Origin: the human T2T-CHM13v2.0 reference genome, Homo sapiens
DNA length: 64,000 nt
Reading direction: 5' to 3' (one strand)
Assembly (NCBI RefSeq): GCF_009914755.1
Contig: NC_060947.1
The position numbers were made by a program, and so were the translations under genes. The notes beneath the pieces are model-generated. The model ran no database searches and was not told where the DNA came from. It saw only the letters and a program-made list of their open reading frames with translations. Shown here piece by piece: positions 43,081 through 58,669 of the stretch. Within the stretch, counting starts at the first letter, position 1; every line of letters begins with the position of its first letter.

Positions 43081-44355
43081 ACCTGACTATATTAAGGTCC
43101 AAAAATGCACCAGTGAGTGGAAAGGTACACATAGCACATCCAGCAGGTTCCCTGTTTTATTTTAAAAGCCGGCGGGGGCGACGGGGTAGAAAAATGCTGT
43201 TAAAGAGTGTAATTGAGTTGCTTGTAACACAAAGGATAAATGCTTGAGGGGATGGATACTGCATTTTCCATCATGTGATTATTACTTATTCCTGCCTGTG
43301 TCAAAGTAGACTTAAGGTTCACTCAAGAGGAACTTTAAAATATTCAGAAACAACATGGCAGAAATCGTGGGAAGGTTCAGTGTTGCAAGTCGGGTTGAGG
43401 TTTTGTGGGACCTTTTATTATATGTTTCGTAGTCATGGGGAGAATTGAGGGATGGCGCTCTGCGGTGGTCAGGGCAGTGGAAGACGAGCAGTGAGCAATG
43501 ACCGTAAATGACCAGGGGTGTGGGTGGTGGGAGATCGCCCCTCCCCCAGGCTGTGTGGTACAAGCGTGTTATGGAGTGATCTTGCAGGGAAACCTGCTTT
43601 AAACTAATTGTATTCATGAAACATAATTCTGCTTCCAGGAGTTTATTTTAGGGAAATGAGCAGAGCCGAACAAAAAGATGTAAGGACATAAATGGCAGTG
43701 CCATTTGTAGCGAGGTGGAGTGCTGTTTCTCTTGCCCTCCCCCCAGCCCGGATCTTTACGCAACTGTGGTGAAGATGCCATAAATTCCATAAATAACTGG
43801 GCCAAAAGCAGAGGGAGATTTGCTGAAGGAAGGGTACTTTTTCAGAGAAATAATTACCTTAAATATAGAGCAGTGAAATCTTACAAATAAATGTCGAGTC
43901 CAAGAGAAATGCTAAGAGATAGAAAAGGTCCGAGAGCTTCAATATCTGTCAAATAGGAGAGAAAGAAAAAGAAAGAAAGAAAGAAGTAACTCCTATTATA
44001 TTTCAGCTCTGAGACAAAGTTTAGATTGAAAGTGTTCCAGATATTGAGCAGAGTGGATGAAGAAAGCTCAAATGTAGACACCAAGTGGTAAAATTTCAGA
44101 GCAGCAAAAATGAAGAAAAATCCTAAATGCCTTTCTGTATCAATCTGGTTGTGACAATTGATGTCTCAAAATTCTGGTGCAAGATAACTTTGAAATGAAA
44201 GTTCTGTATTCAGCTTTAGTACCGTAATTTGAAAGCAAAACAAAGACTTTTCAAATTTGCAAACGTTAAAAATGTTATCCCTCAAAGATCTTTGAGGAAA
44301 AAGTTAGTTGATTGACTCCTGCAAAATGGAATGTAATCCAAGAAAGGCGAGAGTA

Positions 44356-44640
44356 GCCAAGCACAGTGGCTCATGCCTGTAACCACAGCATTTTGGGAGG
44401 CTGAAGTGGGAGGATCGCTTGAGTTCAGGAGTTCAAGACCAGCCTGGACAACATAGTGGGGTCTCATCTCTACTAAAAAATTTTTAAAAATTGCTGAGTG
44501 CAGTGGCACATGCCTGTAGTCCCAGTTACTCAGGAGGCTGAGGCGGGAGGATCACTGGAGCCTAGGACATTGAAGCTGCAGTGAGCTATGATTACACCAC
44601 TGCACTCCAGCCTGGGTGACAGAGCAAGACCCTGTCTCAA

Positions 44641-44673
<33 letters not shown>

Positions 44674-44680
44674 AATAAAT
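44356..44680 (+). mobile_element. AluJ with (AAT/GAT)n tail
   Basis: Dimeric Alu. Confidence 0.9.
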
Positions 44681-45047
44681 AGAAGAGAGCACACAGGAAG
44701 CAGTGCTGAATAAATAAATGTATAAAACAGAGTTAAGTCTGAATGTGTTAGTGCACAGTTACGAAAATAATCTGGAATTAACATTTCACATGGGAGGTAA
44801 TTGAAAGAGCAGAGAAGAAAGAATGAGCATATGTTCATGTTTTTGTTTCGTCTGGGAAGAAGACATAGGTAATGACTATATTTGATAGAAAATATAAGCT
44901 TAAATACGTGTGCTGACAGTTGAAAGGTGGTTACCACCAGAAAACTAGAAAAGATGTGTACAAGTTTCAGAGCCTTAATGGGAAATGCGTGGATTGAAGA
45001 AAACCTGATTCATGCAATCAGAGGTGGGTGGGAAAGAATTACACTGA

Positions 45048-45461
45048 TGTCAGGCCTCTGAGCCCAAGCTAAGCCGTCATATCCCCTGTGACCTGCATGT
45101 ACACATCCAGATGGCCAGTTCCTGCCTTAACTGATGACATTCCACCACAAAAGAAGTGAAAATGGCCTGTTCCTGCCTTAACTAATGACATTATCTTGTG
45201 AAATTCCTTCTCCTGGCTCATCCTGGCTCAAAAGCTCCCCTACTGAGCACCTTTCGACCCCCACTCCTGCCCACCAGAGAACAACCCCCCTTTGACTGTA
45301 ATTTTCCTTGACCTACCCAAATCTTATAAAATGGCCCCACCCCTGTCTCCCTTCGCTGACTCTCTTTTCGGACTCAGCCCACCTGCACCCAGGTGAAATA
45401 AACAGCCTTGTTGCTCACACAAAGCCTGTTTGGTGGTCTCTTCACACGGACGGGAGTGAAA
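45048..45461 (+). mobile_element. Solo LTR7 (HERV-H LTR)
   Basis: Starts TGTCAGGCCTCTGAGCCCAAGCTAAGCC, ends CTCTTCACACGGACGGGAGTGAAA; 5-bp TSD ACTGA (45043-45047 / 45462-45466); TATAAA 45325, AATAAA 45397. Confidence 0.93.
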
Positions 45462-45725
45462 ACTGAAGAAATAGAAAATCTGATATATGTAAAAAAGGGA
45501 AAATAATATAAAATGAAACTGCAGGACTCAATCCAAATATAACCGTGATCATAATAAACATGAATAGATTAAAATTCCTTTTTAAAAAGATAGGCTTTCT
45601 GAATGGGAAAATAAACATAAAATCCGGACATACAGTAGTGTAGGAGGCAGCTTAATTAAAAACAAACAAAATGTTGAAAATAAATGGATGCATTTGATAT
45701 GATTCTGTTCCACTATCCAATCTAA

Positions 45726-46065
<340 letters not shown>

Positions 46066-46494
46066 TTCAGTTTGGTTTTGTCCAGTGTTTTCTCATGATT
46101 AGACTGAGGTTATGCATTTTTGGCAAAAAAATCATCAGAATTGATGTAAGTTTTCAGTGTGTCATGCTATGGAGTGCATGATGTCTGTATGTCCTGACCT
46201 GGTGATGTTAAATTTCATCACCTGGATTAAGTGGTGTCTGTTGGAATTCTCCACTGTGAAATTATTATGTTTTTCTTTTAGTAATGGAAAATATCTTGGC
46301 ATAGACATTATACAAACAGCCTGTTTCTTCTCTAAAAATCAGTGAGTCTTGTCTGCAACAGTTGTTACTATAGTGTTTGCCTAATCGTGGTTTTCTACTT
46401 CCCTCATTCCTTCTATTTCAATTACTTGGAATTATCTTCTAAATTAAACCTGCCCTTTCTTTCTCACATATTTGTTTATTCAATAGTTATATTA

Positions 46495-46805
<311 letters not shown>

Positions 46806-47287
46806 TCATGAATATTTATTTCATATTTTGGGCTTGTTGTTTTTTGTTATTGATTACATTATTTCAGCTTTGGCAATTGGGTGCTTCCCCTAGCTGGCCC
46901 CCTGTATTCTTTCAATATGCCCCCATCCTTTTCTAGCACTTGCTTAATTTTTCTGTCATCCCAATATGTTCCAGACTATGATGAAGTGGGATTTAAGCAA
47001 AAATAAATAAATAAATGGAACAGAGCAAATTTCACTTTGATAAAATGGACAGTCTTTCAAGCTTCGAGTCTCAAACTTGTATGCAACTAACAATGTAAGC
47101 TTTGAATACAGAAAGTAAAAATTGATAGAGATTGTTATGGACATCTGTTAGTTTCTACCAGCTCAGCATTTACATTTCTCTGCCTCTGCAGCTTACAGAG
47201 GGAAACTGTCTTCCTAAGAGCTGGCCCAAGTGCATGCATCTTAAGACAGTTCTGTTCAATTTGTCACATTTTTCAAGTATGCATGCA

Positions 47288-48281
<994 letters not shown>

Positions 48282-48501
48282 TTCAAGCATGCAGAGGCTT
48301 TTGGGCACAAGTGGACGGTGTGCACAGCTCTAAGCCATCCGTGGAAATGTGCTCTGAACATGGAGACCGCAGTGAGGGCTGTGGGGATTCTCTTTGCATT
48401 CCACGTTTGTGAGCAGCAAAACAGCACCCTCTTGAAGGAGGAGGTGGTTCTGTGCTGAATATTCACCCGCTGTCCCACTATTTGGCACATGTCTGTTCCA
48501 G

Positions 48502-48676
48502 GGTCATCCTCTCGAAGGTGTTCGATGAAGTCATTGAAGTGAATCTAATCGATAGTGCCGACTACATCCACCTGGCCTTTCTGAAGAGACCTGAGCTCGG
48601 GCTCACCCTCACCAAGCTTCACTGTTGGACTCTCACTCACTACAGCAAGTGTGTCTTCCTGGATGCAGACACTCTG
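48502..48676 (+). CDS. GYG2: GYG2 exon, (R)[58 protein letters not shown]
   Basis: CAG 48499-48501, donor CTG|GTGAGT; contains the GT8 DxD motif (DAD). Confidence 0.97.
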
Positions 48677-48702
48677 GTGAGTGAAGACTCTCTGCTTGAT
48701 AG

Positions 48703-48981
<279 letters not shown>

Positions 48982-49173
48982 TGAGGCCATGTGCATTTCT
49001 ATTTCTAACACAGATGTTCAGTCTATTATAATCAGGCATAACATACCCCCGAGCACTGTGCTAGACCCTGCTGAAGAGAACAGGGGATTGGAAGACATGT
49101 TCCTACCCCAGGAATGAATTATAACCACAGTATTTTACACACACAAAATAGAATCATGAGGGAAAAAACTTGT

Positions 49174-49460
49174 GGCTGGGCACAGTGGCTCATGCCTGTA
49201 ATCTCAGCACTTTGGGAGCTTGAGATGGGTGGATCACTTGAGGCCAGGAGTTTGAGACCAGCCTGGCCAACATGGTGAAACCGTTTTTACTAAAAATACA
49301 AAAATTAGCCAGGCATGGTAACAGGTGCCTGTAATCCCAGCTACTCAAGAGGCTGAGGTGGGGGGATCGCTTGAACCCGGGAGGCGGAGGCCGCAGTGAG
49401 CCGAGACTGAAGCACTGCACTCCAGCCTGGGCGACAGAGCAAGACTCTGTCTCAAAAACA
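49174..49460 (+). mobile_element. AluS
   Basis: Dimeric Alu ending about 55 nt before the next acceptor. Confidence 0.9.
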
Positions 49461-49514
49461 GAAGCATTGGTAAAAGAAGCATTGCGGCGGGTTCTGCGTG
49501 TTTTGCTTCACCAG

Positions 49515-49677
49515 GTGCTGTCCAATGTCGATGAGCTGTTTGACAGGGGAGAGTTTTCTGCGGCCCCGGACCCCGGATGGCCGGATTGCTTCAATAGCGG
49601 GGTGTTTGTCTTCCAGCCTTCTCTCCACACGCATAAACTCCTGCTACAGCACGCCATGGAACACGGCAGCTTTGACG
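49515..49677 (+). CDS. GYG2: GYG2 exon, [54 protein letters not shown](G)
   Basis: CAG 49512-49514, donor G|GTAAGT; conserved glycogenin [18 protein letters not shown] motif. Confidence 0.97.
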
Positions 49678-49763
49678 GTAAGTCAGGGCAGCCCGGACGC
49701 TTAGGGTCTCTGTTGCACACACTCAACTCTGCAGATGTAACACGAAGTCAGCCGTTGACCATA

Positions 49764-50109
49764 CAGTCACACCTCGCTCAGCGACAGGGATGCGGTCTGA
49801 GAAATGTGTTGTTAAGTGATTTTGTCATTGTATGAACGTCCCAGAGTGTATCTGCACACACCTGGATGATGTAGCCTACTGTATACCTAGGCTGGAGGGT
49901 ACAGCCTATTCCTTCTAGGCTACAAACCCATATAGCATGGGAGTGCACTGAATGTTGTAGGCAACTGTAACATAATGGGAGGTATCTGTGTTCTAAACAT
50001 ATCTAAACATCACAAAGGTCCAGTGAAAATACAGTATAAAATCTTATGGGACCACCGTCAGATGTATGGTCTGTCTTTGACCGAAGCACTTTTATGTGTT
50101 GCATGACTG
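49764..50109. mobile_element. Tigger3a/MER7-type MITE
   Basis: ta-CAGTCA...TGACTG-ta termini, 346 bp, 'tgagaaatgtgttgttaagtgattttgtcattg'. Confidence 0.8.
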
Positions 50110-50126
50110 TACTTGGCATTGAACAT

Positions 50127-50460
50127 GGGCTGGCCGTGGTGGCTCATGCCTGTAATCCCAGCACTTTGGGAGGCCAGGGCGGACAGATTGCTTGAGGCGA
50201 GGAGTTCAAGACCGGGGTGGGCAGATGGCTTGAGACCAGGAGTTCAAGACCAGCCTAGGCCACGTGGCAAGACCCCATCTCTACAAAAAATACAAAAATA
50301 AGCTGGATGTGATGCTGGCACCTGTAGTCCCCAAGCCCTGGGAGGCTGAGTTGGGAGCAGCAGCTGAGCTCAGGAGCTCAAGCCTACAGTGAGCTATGAT
50401 TGCACCACTGCACTCCAGTCAGGGTGACAGAGTGAGACCCTGTCTCAGAGAAAAAGAAAA
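50127..50460 (+). mobile_element. AluJ with a small internal duplication
   Basis: Dimeric Alu; 'aggagttcaagacc' occurs twice. Confidence 0.88.
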
Positions 50461-51019
50461 GAGCATGGCTGTGTTCCAATAAAACTTTATTTATAAAAAC
50501 ATGCACAGTGTGTAGTTGCTTGACCCGTGGTAGAATATAGGGAGAATTAAAAGGAGGCAACCTGAAGCCGAGTATTTGTTGAAATGGGCGTCAGTAGAGA
50601 GGAAATGTGCTGGAATTTTTGTAAAGTAAAAGAAAATACTGGAGCAGTGAAGAATTGCCTCTAGGTAAAGGGGAAGTTAATGAAACTGGCAAAAATGATG
50701 GGAAAAGCATTGTCACTACCAGGGAGAATTCATTAGGGGACCAGTGGAATGCTTTGGACTCCATATGCAATTTTAGCATTCATTCTGGGGACTCCTGGTG
50801 GAGAATTTTGGAGGGAATATGCACTTATTTTTATCAATGGCTTGGGTTATCAGTCTTTTCTGAGAACCAAGAGAATGTGTGCAGCTGGCAGACAGAAGAA
50901 ATGGAATTAGTAACCCTGAAGGCAAGTGTTTATGTTGAGAGCTTCAGGCACATCTCGCGTTCTTGGAGTGAACCAAGCCATACTTTGCTAACCTGCTTTT
51001 GTGTTTGCTCATTATGTAG

Positions 51020-51146
51020 GGGCAGACCAAGGCTTACTGAATAGTTTCTTCAGGAACTGGTCGACCACAGACATCCACAAGCACCTGCCGTTCATCTATA
51101 ACTTGAGTAGTAACACGATGTACACTTACAGCCCTGCCTTCAAGCA
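51020..51146 (+). CDS. GYG2: GYG2 exon, (G)[41 protein letters not shown](Q)
   Basis: TAG 51017-51019, donor CA|GTAAGT; DQGLLN motif; autoglucosylation Tyr228 codon TAC at 51121-51123. Confidence 0.97.
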
Positions 51147-51239
51147 GTAAGTTCTCCACCCTGGCGAATCCTGCCAGATCGGCCACTACCGATCCACCTT
51201 CCCTCCTGGAAGACATACCAGCTGTCGGCATATTTAAAA

Positions 51240-51255
51240 ACTCTATCTATCTATC

Positions 51256-51318
<63 letters not shown>

Positions 51319-51486
51319 ATCTATCATCTATCTATCTATCTATCACCTCTATCTAGGTAGATCTAAATATCTATTTATCTGTATAGATAGATACCTATGT
51401 CTATGTGTCTGTGTATCTAGATCTCTATGTCTATCTATATAGATATATATCTGTCTATATAGTTATCTACCTATATAGTCCTAGAC

Positions 51487-51525
<39 letters not shown>

Positions 51526-52225
51526 CATATCTATCTATTTAGATCTGGATATCTATCTGTATACATAGATCTATATATCTATATCTATATATGTATCTAT
51601 ATCTAGATCTAGATATCTATATACATTGATCTATCTAATCTCTATATCTATGTAGATATTTATCTATCTATCTAGACCTAGATATCTATCTATCTAGACC
51701 TAGATATCTATCTATCTAGACCTAGATATCTATCTATCTGTCTAATCTATCATCTATCATATGTATCTATTCAGATAGATCTGGATATCTATCTATAAAC
51801 ATCTATCTATCTATCTATCTAGATCTAAATCACTATATAGATACCTATATCTATCTATCTAGAACTAGATATCTATGTATCTAGATATCCATCTAGATTT
51901 AGATCTTCATCCATATAGATATCTATCTATATCTATCTATCTAGATCCAGATATCTATCTATATACATAGATCTATATATCTATATCTGTATATCTATCT
52001 AGATCTATCTAGATATCTATGTATATACATGGATCTATATATCTCTCTATGTATCTAGATCTAGATCTCTCTCTATGTAGATCTATGTATCTAGATCTAG
52101 ATCTCTATATAGGCATCTATCCATCTATGTAGATCTAGACATCTATCTATATATTAATACATAGATGTATCTATCTATATACGTCTTTATATATGTATAT
52201 ACACACACAGAAACACACACACACA
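51240..52225. repeat. Complex (TCTA)n / TAGATC-palindrome tract
   Basis: Perfect (TCTA)15 at 51257-51316; 22-bp unit 'tatctatctagacctagatatc' about 3 times near 51665-51730. Confidence 0.95.
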
Positions 52226-52696
52226 TCTCGTTTCCTGCTTGCTTGTTGCTGTAAATGATAGCTAGCCAAGGCTCTACGACAATGATCCCCAAAGTGTGGC
52301 CCAAGGAACCCTGACCCCACAACTCTTTCAAGTGTCTTCAAAGTCATAACTACTTTAAAAAAAGAATTTGAAGATGTGATTTTTTTCCCTTTTTGCTGCC
52401 ATTTTCTCATGCATCTATGCTGAGAGTTTACAGACACTACATGGCATGTGATAAGGTAATACCCTGAACACAGTTGGAGCTAGGAAGAACCAGCTGTCGC
52501 CTCTTGGGAAAATGGATGGCACTCTTCTCACAATGATTTTTTTTAATATAGAAATTTTTTTAATGAAAAATTATGAAATTTATGTTACTGCATAATGGTT
52601 TGATTTTTTTTAAAGGGATTGATAAATATGCTTTCTAATTTCTCAGTTTTAATATCGATTATTCTAAATATGGAGAGAGAGAATCCACAGGGACAT

Positions 52697-53119
<423 letters not shown>

Positions 53120-53644
53120 TCACCTTGGGAATGAATAATTCTAGAGTCTGCATTCTCTACAGAGGACACGGTGTCCCTAAGGAAGAGAAATTGATTCTTG
53201 GGAGTGAAATCTTGTTATTTTTTACTGTATAATCACAGATGTAATGTACAGAACATAGATATGTCATGTGACTTTTGTGTTCATATTTCATGAGGAGGTG
53301 ATCCACGAAAAAAAAGTTTAAAAAGGCTCCTGGAGGATGGTGATGATGAACAACAAAAAAGTTGGCAAGGGGAACATTTAGAATCCTGTAAAAGAGAAAA
53401 AAAGCCAATTGCCTTGCCGCTTGCATTAGCCACTGTAAAAGCTATTTTTTTTTGCCCCTGTCGTTTTAAGGATATGATGATTTGGGCTGCTGTACTTCAC
53501 GTTTTTACAAAACTGATTTATTTTTCCCGTTTTGGGAAAAAATGTCAATGGATTACGATTATGTTTTTTGATATATAGAAAAGAAAATAACTGCAAAAAC
53601 TGTGATTTAAAAAATATATCTTTATGCAAAATAACTGCAAATGA

Positions 53645-54230
53645 AACTACTACTACTATGCTGATAGCAGTGGAGTAGTATTATTGATGATATATTGATT
53701 ACTATCTTGATAGTAGTGGTATGCTAGTATTGCTCAGATATTGATTACTGCATTGATAGTACTAGTATATTATTATTGATTATATATTGGTTACTATAGT
53801 GATAGTATTTTGTTATTATTGATCACATATTGATTACTGAATTGATAGTAGTAGTATGTTACTATTGGTTATATATTGATTACTATGCTAGTAGTAGTAT
53901 ATTGTTGACTATATATTGATTACTACATTGATAGTGGTAGATTATTATTGATTATATATTGAGTACTATGTTGATAATAGTAGCATAGTATTGATTACAT
54001 AACGATTACTACATTGATAGTAATATATTGTTGTTGATCATATATTGATTACATGCATTGATAGTAGTAGTGTATTATTATTGATTATATATTGATGACT
54101 ATGTTGATAGTAGTAATCTTATTATGGGTCATATATTGATTACTGCATTGGAAGTAGTAGTGTATTATTATTGATTATATATTGGTTACTATGCTGATAG
54201 TAGTAGTATCATCAGTAATAATAATCAATA
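53645..54230. repeat. AT-rich ~42-45-bp degenerate tandem array
   Basis: Recurring 'tatattgattactatgttgatagtagtagtatattattattgat'. Confidence 0.9.
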
Positions 54231-54356
54231 ATGGAAACCCATTGGGACAAGTCCTTCAGAGGCTGTCTTTGAGGAGCCCCATGGTAGGTGGATGCTTTCT
54301 GGGTGTCTTTTATCACATCTGAGTGGAAATCAGAATCCCTTCTGTTTCCTTCTCAG

Positions 54357-54579
54357 ATTCGGTTCCAGTGCAAAGGTCGTCCACTTTTTGGGGTCCATGA
54401 AACCTTGGAACTACAAGTACAATCCACAGAGTGGCTCGGTGTTGGAGCAAGGCTCAGTGTCCAGCAGCCAGCACCAGGCGGCATTCCTTCATCTCTGGTG
54501 GACGGTCTACCAGAACAACGTGCTGCCCCTTTATAAAAGCGTCCAAGCGGGGGAAGCACGCGCGTCTCCTGGTCACACA
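54357..54579 (+). CDS. GYG2: GYG2 exon, (Q)FGSSAKVVHFLGSMKPWNY...LWWTVYQNNVLPLYKSVQAGEARASPGHT
   Basis: CAG 54354-54356, donor ACA|GTAAGT; GT8 HFLG..KPW motif. Confidence 0.97.
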
Positions 54580-55224
54580 GTAAGTGGGGGATTCCCTTAA
54601 AACCCGTAGCTGAGGACGAGGAGAACATCCTTGTCACCAAGGTCTGGCGTGGTTTTTTTTTGAAATGCCCCTTTTTTGTCTAAATACTGTATTTCATGGA
54701 AAAGAATACTGAGAAGCAAGCACCTGTTAAAAAAATTTTTAAGTTTTAGCTCAAAATAGAGAATGCCTAATGACTGGAGATCCTGTTTTGATGTATAGGC
54801 CTGGTGCAGAAATAGGTTATTGAAATTAGCCATCCTCATCAGAGTAAGAGACACTCATGGACAAGTGGTTCACAATGACTGATTACGACGTCATTCGGGT
54901 CAACAGTTTCCACTTGAAACCATCATTTGAGATAGCAGTTGGAGGAAGTGTCTGAAGAGGATTTTGTAAAGTTTTGATTGACACCAATTTGATTGCAAGG
55001 AATATAATGACAGCCCCTAGGTGTGCTAAATGGTGGAGTATCTGCAGTGTGCTGAATGTGGGCTGCATCTGCCTTGCAGAAGACCTCTTGCAATTAGGAC
55101 TCAGGAAACTTCTTATTCCTAATGGCTTTTTTCACTAAAGTAAAAAAAAACTTGAGCTTTTTTTTTTTTTTTTTTAACTAGAGCATTTGTACTAGAGTAC
55201 CAGAGTATTTTTTAACTAGAGTAA

Positions 55225-55557
<333 letters not shown>

Positions 55558-55785
55558 TAGAGCATTTGCTAGTACAACAGAGTCTGCTATCAGCACATGC
55601 ATTGCCTGGGAAATTGAAAAGAATCCCTATTTTAATTTTTAATATGGTTTTTTATTTGGGTGGATCTAGGCTGCTTTTTAAAGACTGCTGAAAATTTCTC
55701 TCACCGAGTGACACTAGCAATGGACGTTTATTTGTATTCACTTCACAAACATTGACTTGTCACATATTTCCTGCTGGGCGTTTTG

Positions 55786-55844
55786 CTAAGTACTGGATTA
55801 CTAAGTACTGGATTACTAAGTACTGGATTACTAAGTACTGGATT
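55786..55844. repeat. 15-bp minisatellite (ctaagtactggatta) x4
   Basis: Copies at 55786, 55801, 55816 and 55831 (last base of the fourth differs). Confidence 0.95.
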
Positions 55845-56033
55845 GCATAGGAGGGAATTTTAAGGCTTAGTGTCAAACGGTCCTGAGAAAGAAAACATTT
55901 AGGACAATTATTTAATGATTGGCAGATGGGAGCTGGGAGCCCTGGCTACACAGGGCCCCACCCGCCCCCCAGGACAGCAGGTGAATTGAGGAGACATAGG
56001 GAAGACTCACTCCACGTGTGTGTTTTTGTGCAG

Positions 56034-56234
56034 CTTTGCCGCAGTGATGTGGGGGGGCCGTGTGCGGATTCAGCCTCTGGTGTTGGAGAGCCGTGTGAAA
56101 ATTCAACACCCAGTGCGGGCGTGCCGTGTGCAAATTCACCACTGGGTTCTAACCAGCCTGCTCAGGGCCTTCCGGAGCCGACCCAGATAGTGGATGAGAC
56201 CCTGTCCCTACCTGAAGGACGCCGTTCAGAAGAT
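56034..56234 (+). CDS. GYG2: GYG2 exon (linker), LCRSDVGGPCADSASG...LSLPEGRRSED
   Basis: CAG 56031-56033, donor GAT|GTAAGT, 201 nt, phase 0-0; matches the glycogenin-2-specific linker as recalled. Confidence 0.93.
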
Positions 56235-56419
56235 GTAAGTACCTGCATTCCTCACAGGTGTGATAGTCAGACGCTGGCTCGCAGTGAGAGAGCAGAGAGA
56301 GCCGGCTTCCCTGGCTCCCTGGGGAGGGGAGATGGAGGGGAAGGGCTGGTCTTTGGCTTGCTGTGGCATTCAAGGCTCTGCATTTATTTTTGCATTACGG
56401 CACACCGAATCAAGCTCAC

Positions 56420-56895
56420 CTGCTGAAAGATGTCTATGCCCCAATCCCTAGGACCTGTGAATGTCACCTTGTGTGGCAAAAGGGCGTTTGCAGTTGTGAT
56501 TAAATGAGGGACCCTGAGCTGGGGAGGTATGGTCTTGGATTCTGGGAGTGGGCTCTTAGTCATCACAAACCTCCCTTCAAAGAAGAAGGTGGAAGGAAGT
56601 GTGAAGGTCAGAGAAGGAGTGTGAAGCTGGAAGCAGAGGCCAGAGAGAGAGGGGATTGGAAGACGCTGGGCTGCTGGCTTTGAAGATGGAAGAGGAGGCC
56701 ACGAGCGAGGGAATATGGTGGCCTCCAGAAGCTGGAGAAAGCAGGAAATGGATTCTCCCCTAGGTCCCCAAGAAGGAACCAACCCTGCCGACACCTTGAT
56801 TTTAATCCACTGGACTTCTGGCCCCCAGAACTATCAGATGGTCAGTCTGCCTTGGTGTAAACCACCCAGTTTGTGGCTGTTTCTTACATAGCAGC
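56420..56895 (+). mobile_element. MLT1D-type LTR
   Basis: 'acctgtgaatgtcaccttgtgtggcaaaagggcgtttgcagttgtgattaa', 'ctgctggctttgaagatgga', 'ccctgccgacaccttgatttta'. Confidence 0.8.
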
Positions 56896-57291
56896 CTCAA
56901 AAATCTGATGCCACAAGGAGACAGATGCTCAGTCTCTCGCAGTTTACAGATTCTGGGGGAGCCAGAGCTCTTTCAGGTTCAAAAAGGGAGGCTTCCGTCA
57001 GTGCCCCTTCAACCCAACTGCCTGGCCGTGCATCCTGAGAGGTTTCAGCCGAACCCCTGACTTGAACAGTGGTTGAAGTGAAGATGAATTCCTGCCGGGG
57101 TTCAATGTTCAAATGAATGTTGACCTGCACAGTGGTGTCTGCTGAGGCCGAGTCTGCAGCACTTTGTCCCCATCGAAGAAAAATGAAAATACACCTTACT
57201 TGCAAAACAAATAATGGAGGCTGTCATTTCTCCAGCTCCAATTTCTAGGTGAATACTTTGGAATAATATCTTGTGTTTAAAGATTTCCTGG

Positions 57292-57887
<596 letters not shown>

Positions 57888-58669
57888 AAGATTTCTTGTT
57901 TTAAATCTTTACCACTGATCCTAACAAGTTTCTCAACAGAATTATTTTGAGATCATACTTAGGGAAGGATCTGGGGACTGGGCTGAAGGAAAGTGATTCT
58001 TTTCTGTATACTTCAGATAGCTCCGGGAGAGCCGTTTCTTGTTGCTTATAAACAAGTGACCTTTAGATTTTGCACACATTGCTCTGGAAGACACCACACG
58101 CTTCACTGTACTCTGGCGTAAATTATGCTCTGGCAACTTTATGCATGAAGAATGTCGGAGTGGTGATTTCACATTGACCCAAACACATTGAAAAGATGTT
58201 TAGGTTCAGATGGTGAAGACTGAGGAGGTGTAAAATGCGCTTTTCTGGTTTTTCATTCCTCATGGTGTGCCCTGAGCATACCATAGCCTGGGCCTGGCCC
58301 CAGGACGTGCCTCATGCGAGTCAAGTCAAGAGCCTCTGCTTGTTCCTGCTGGAATGTGAAGAATTCCATCAGTGGAGCCCTTACATGATGTGCAAAACGG
58401 CTGCAATTGTGCTGAGCCATGCTCGTTTCAGGATGTCTAAGGAAAAATCGCATTTACATTAAATGTTTAGTAGGCAACCAAGTTTAGACTGTAAACCAAA
58501 GAGTATCCAAGAATGCTGTGGCATTCAAGGCTCATGCTTTTATGTGCATTACAGCACCTTAAGGCCAATAAAGGGGAACTCCCATCCCCTGTTGATGTGT
58601 ATTGAAAATAATTGAATGCTCAAACTCCTAGCCTAAAAAAGAAATATTATCGAATGCTTCGAAAACATA

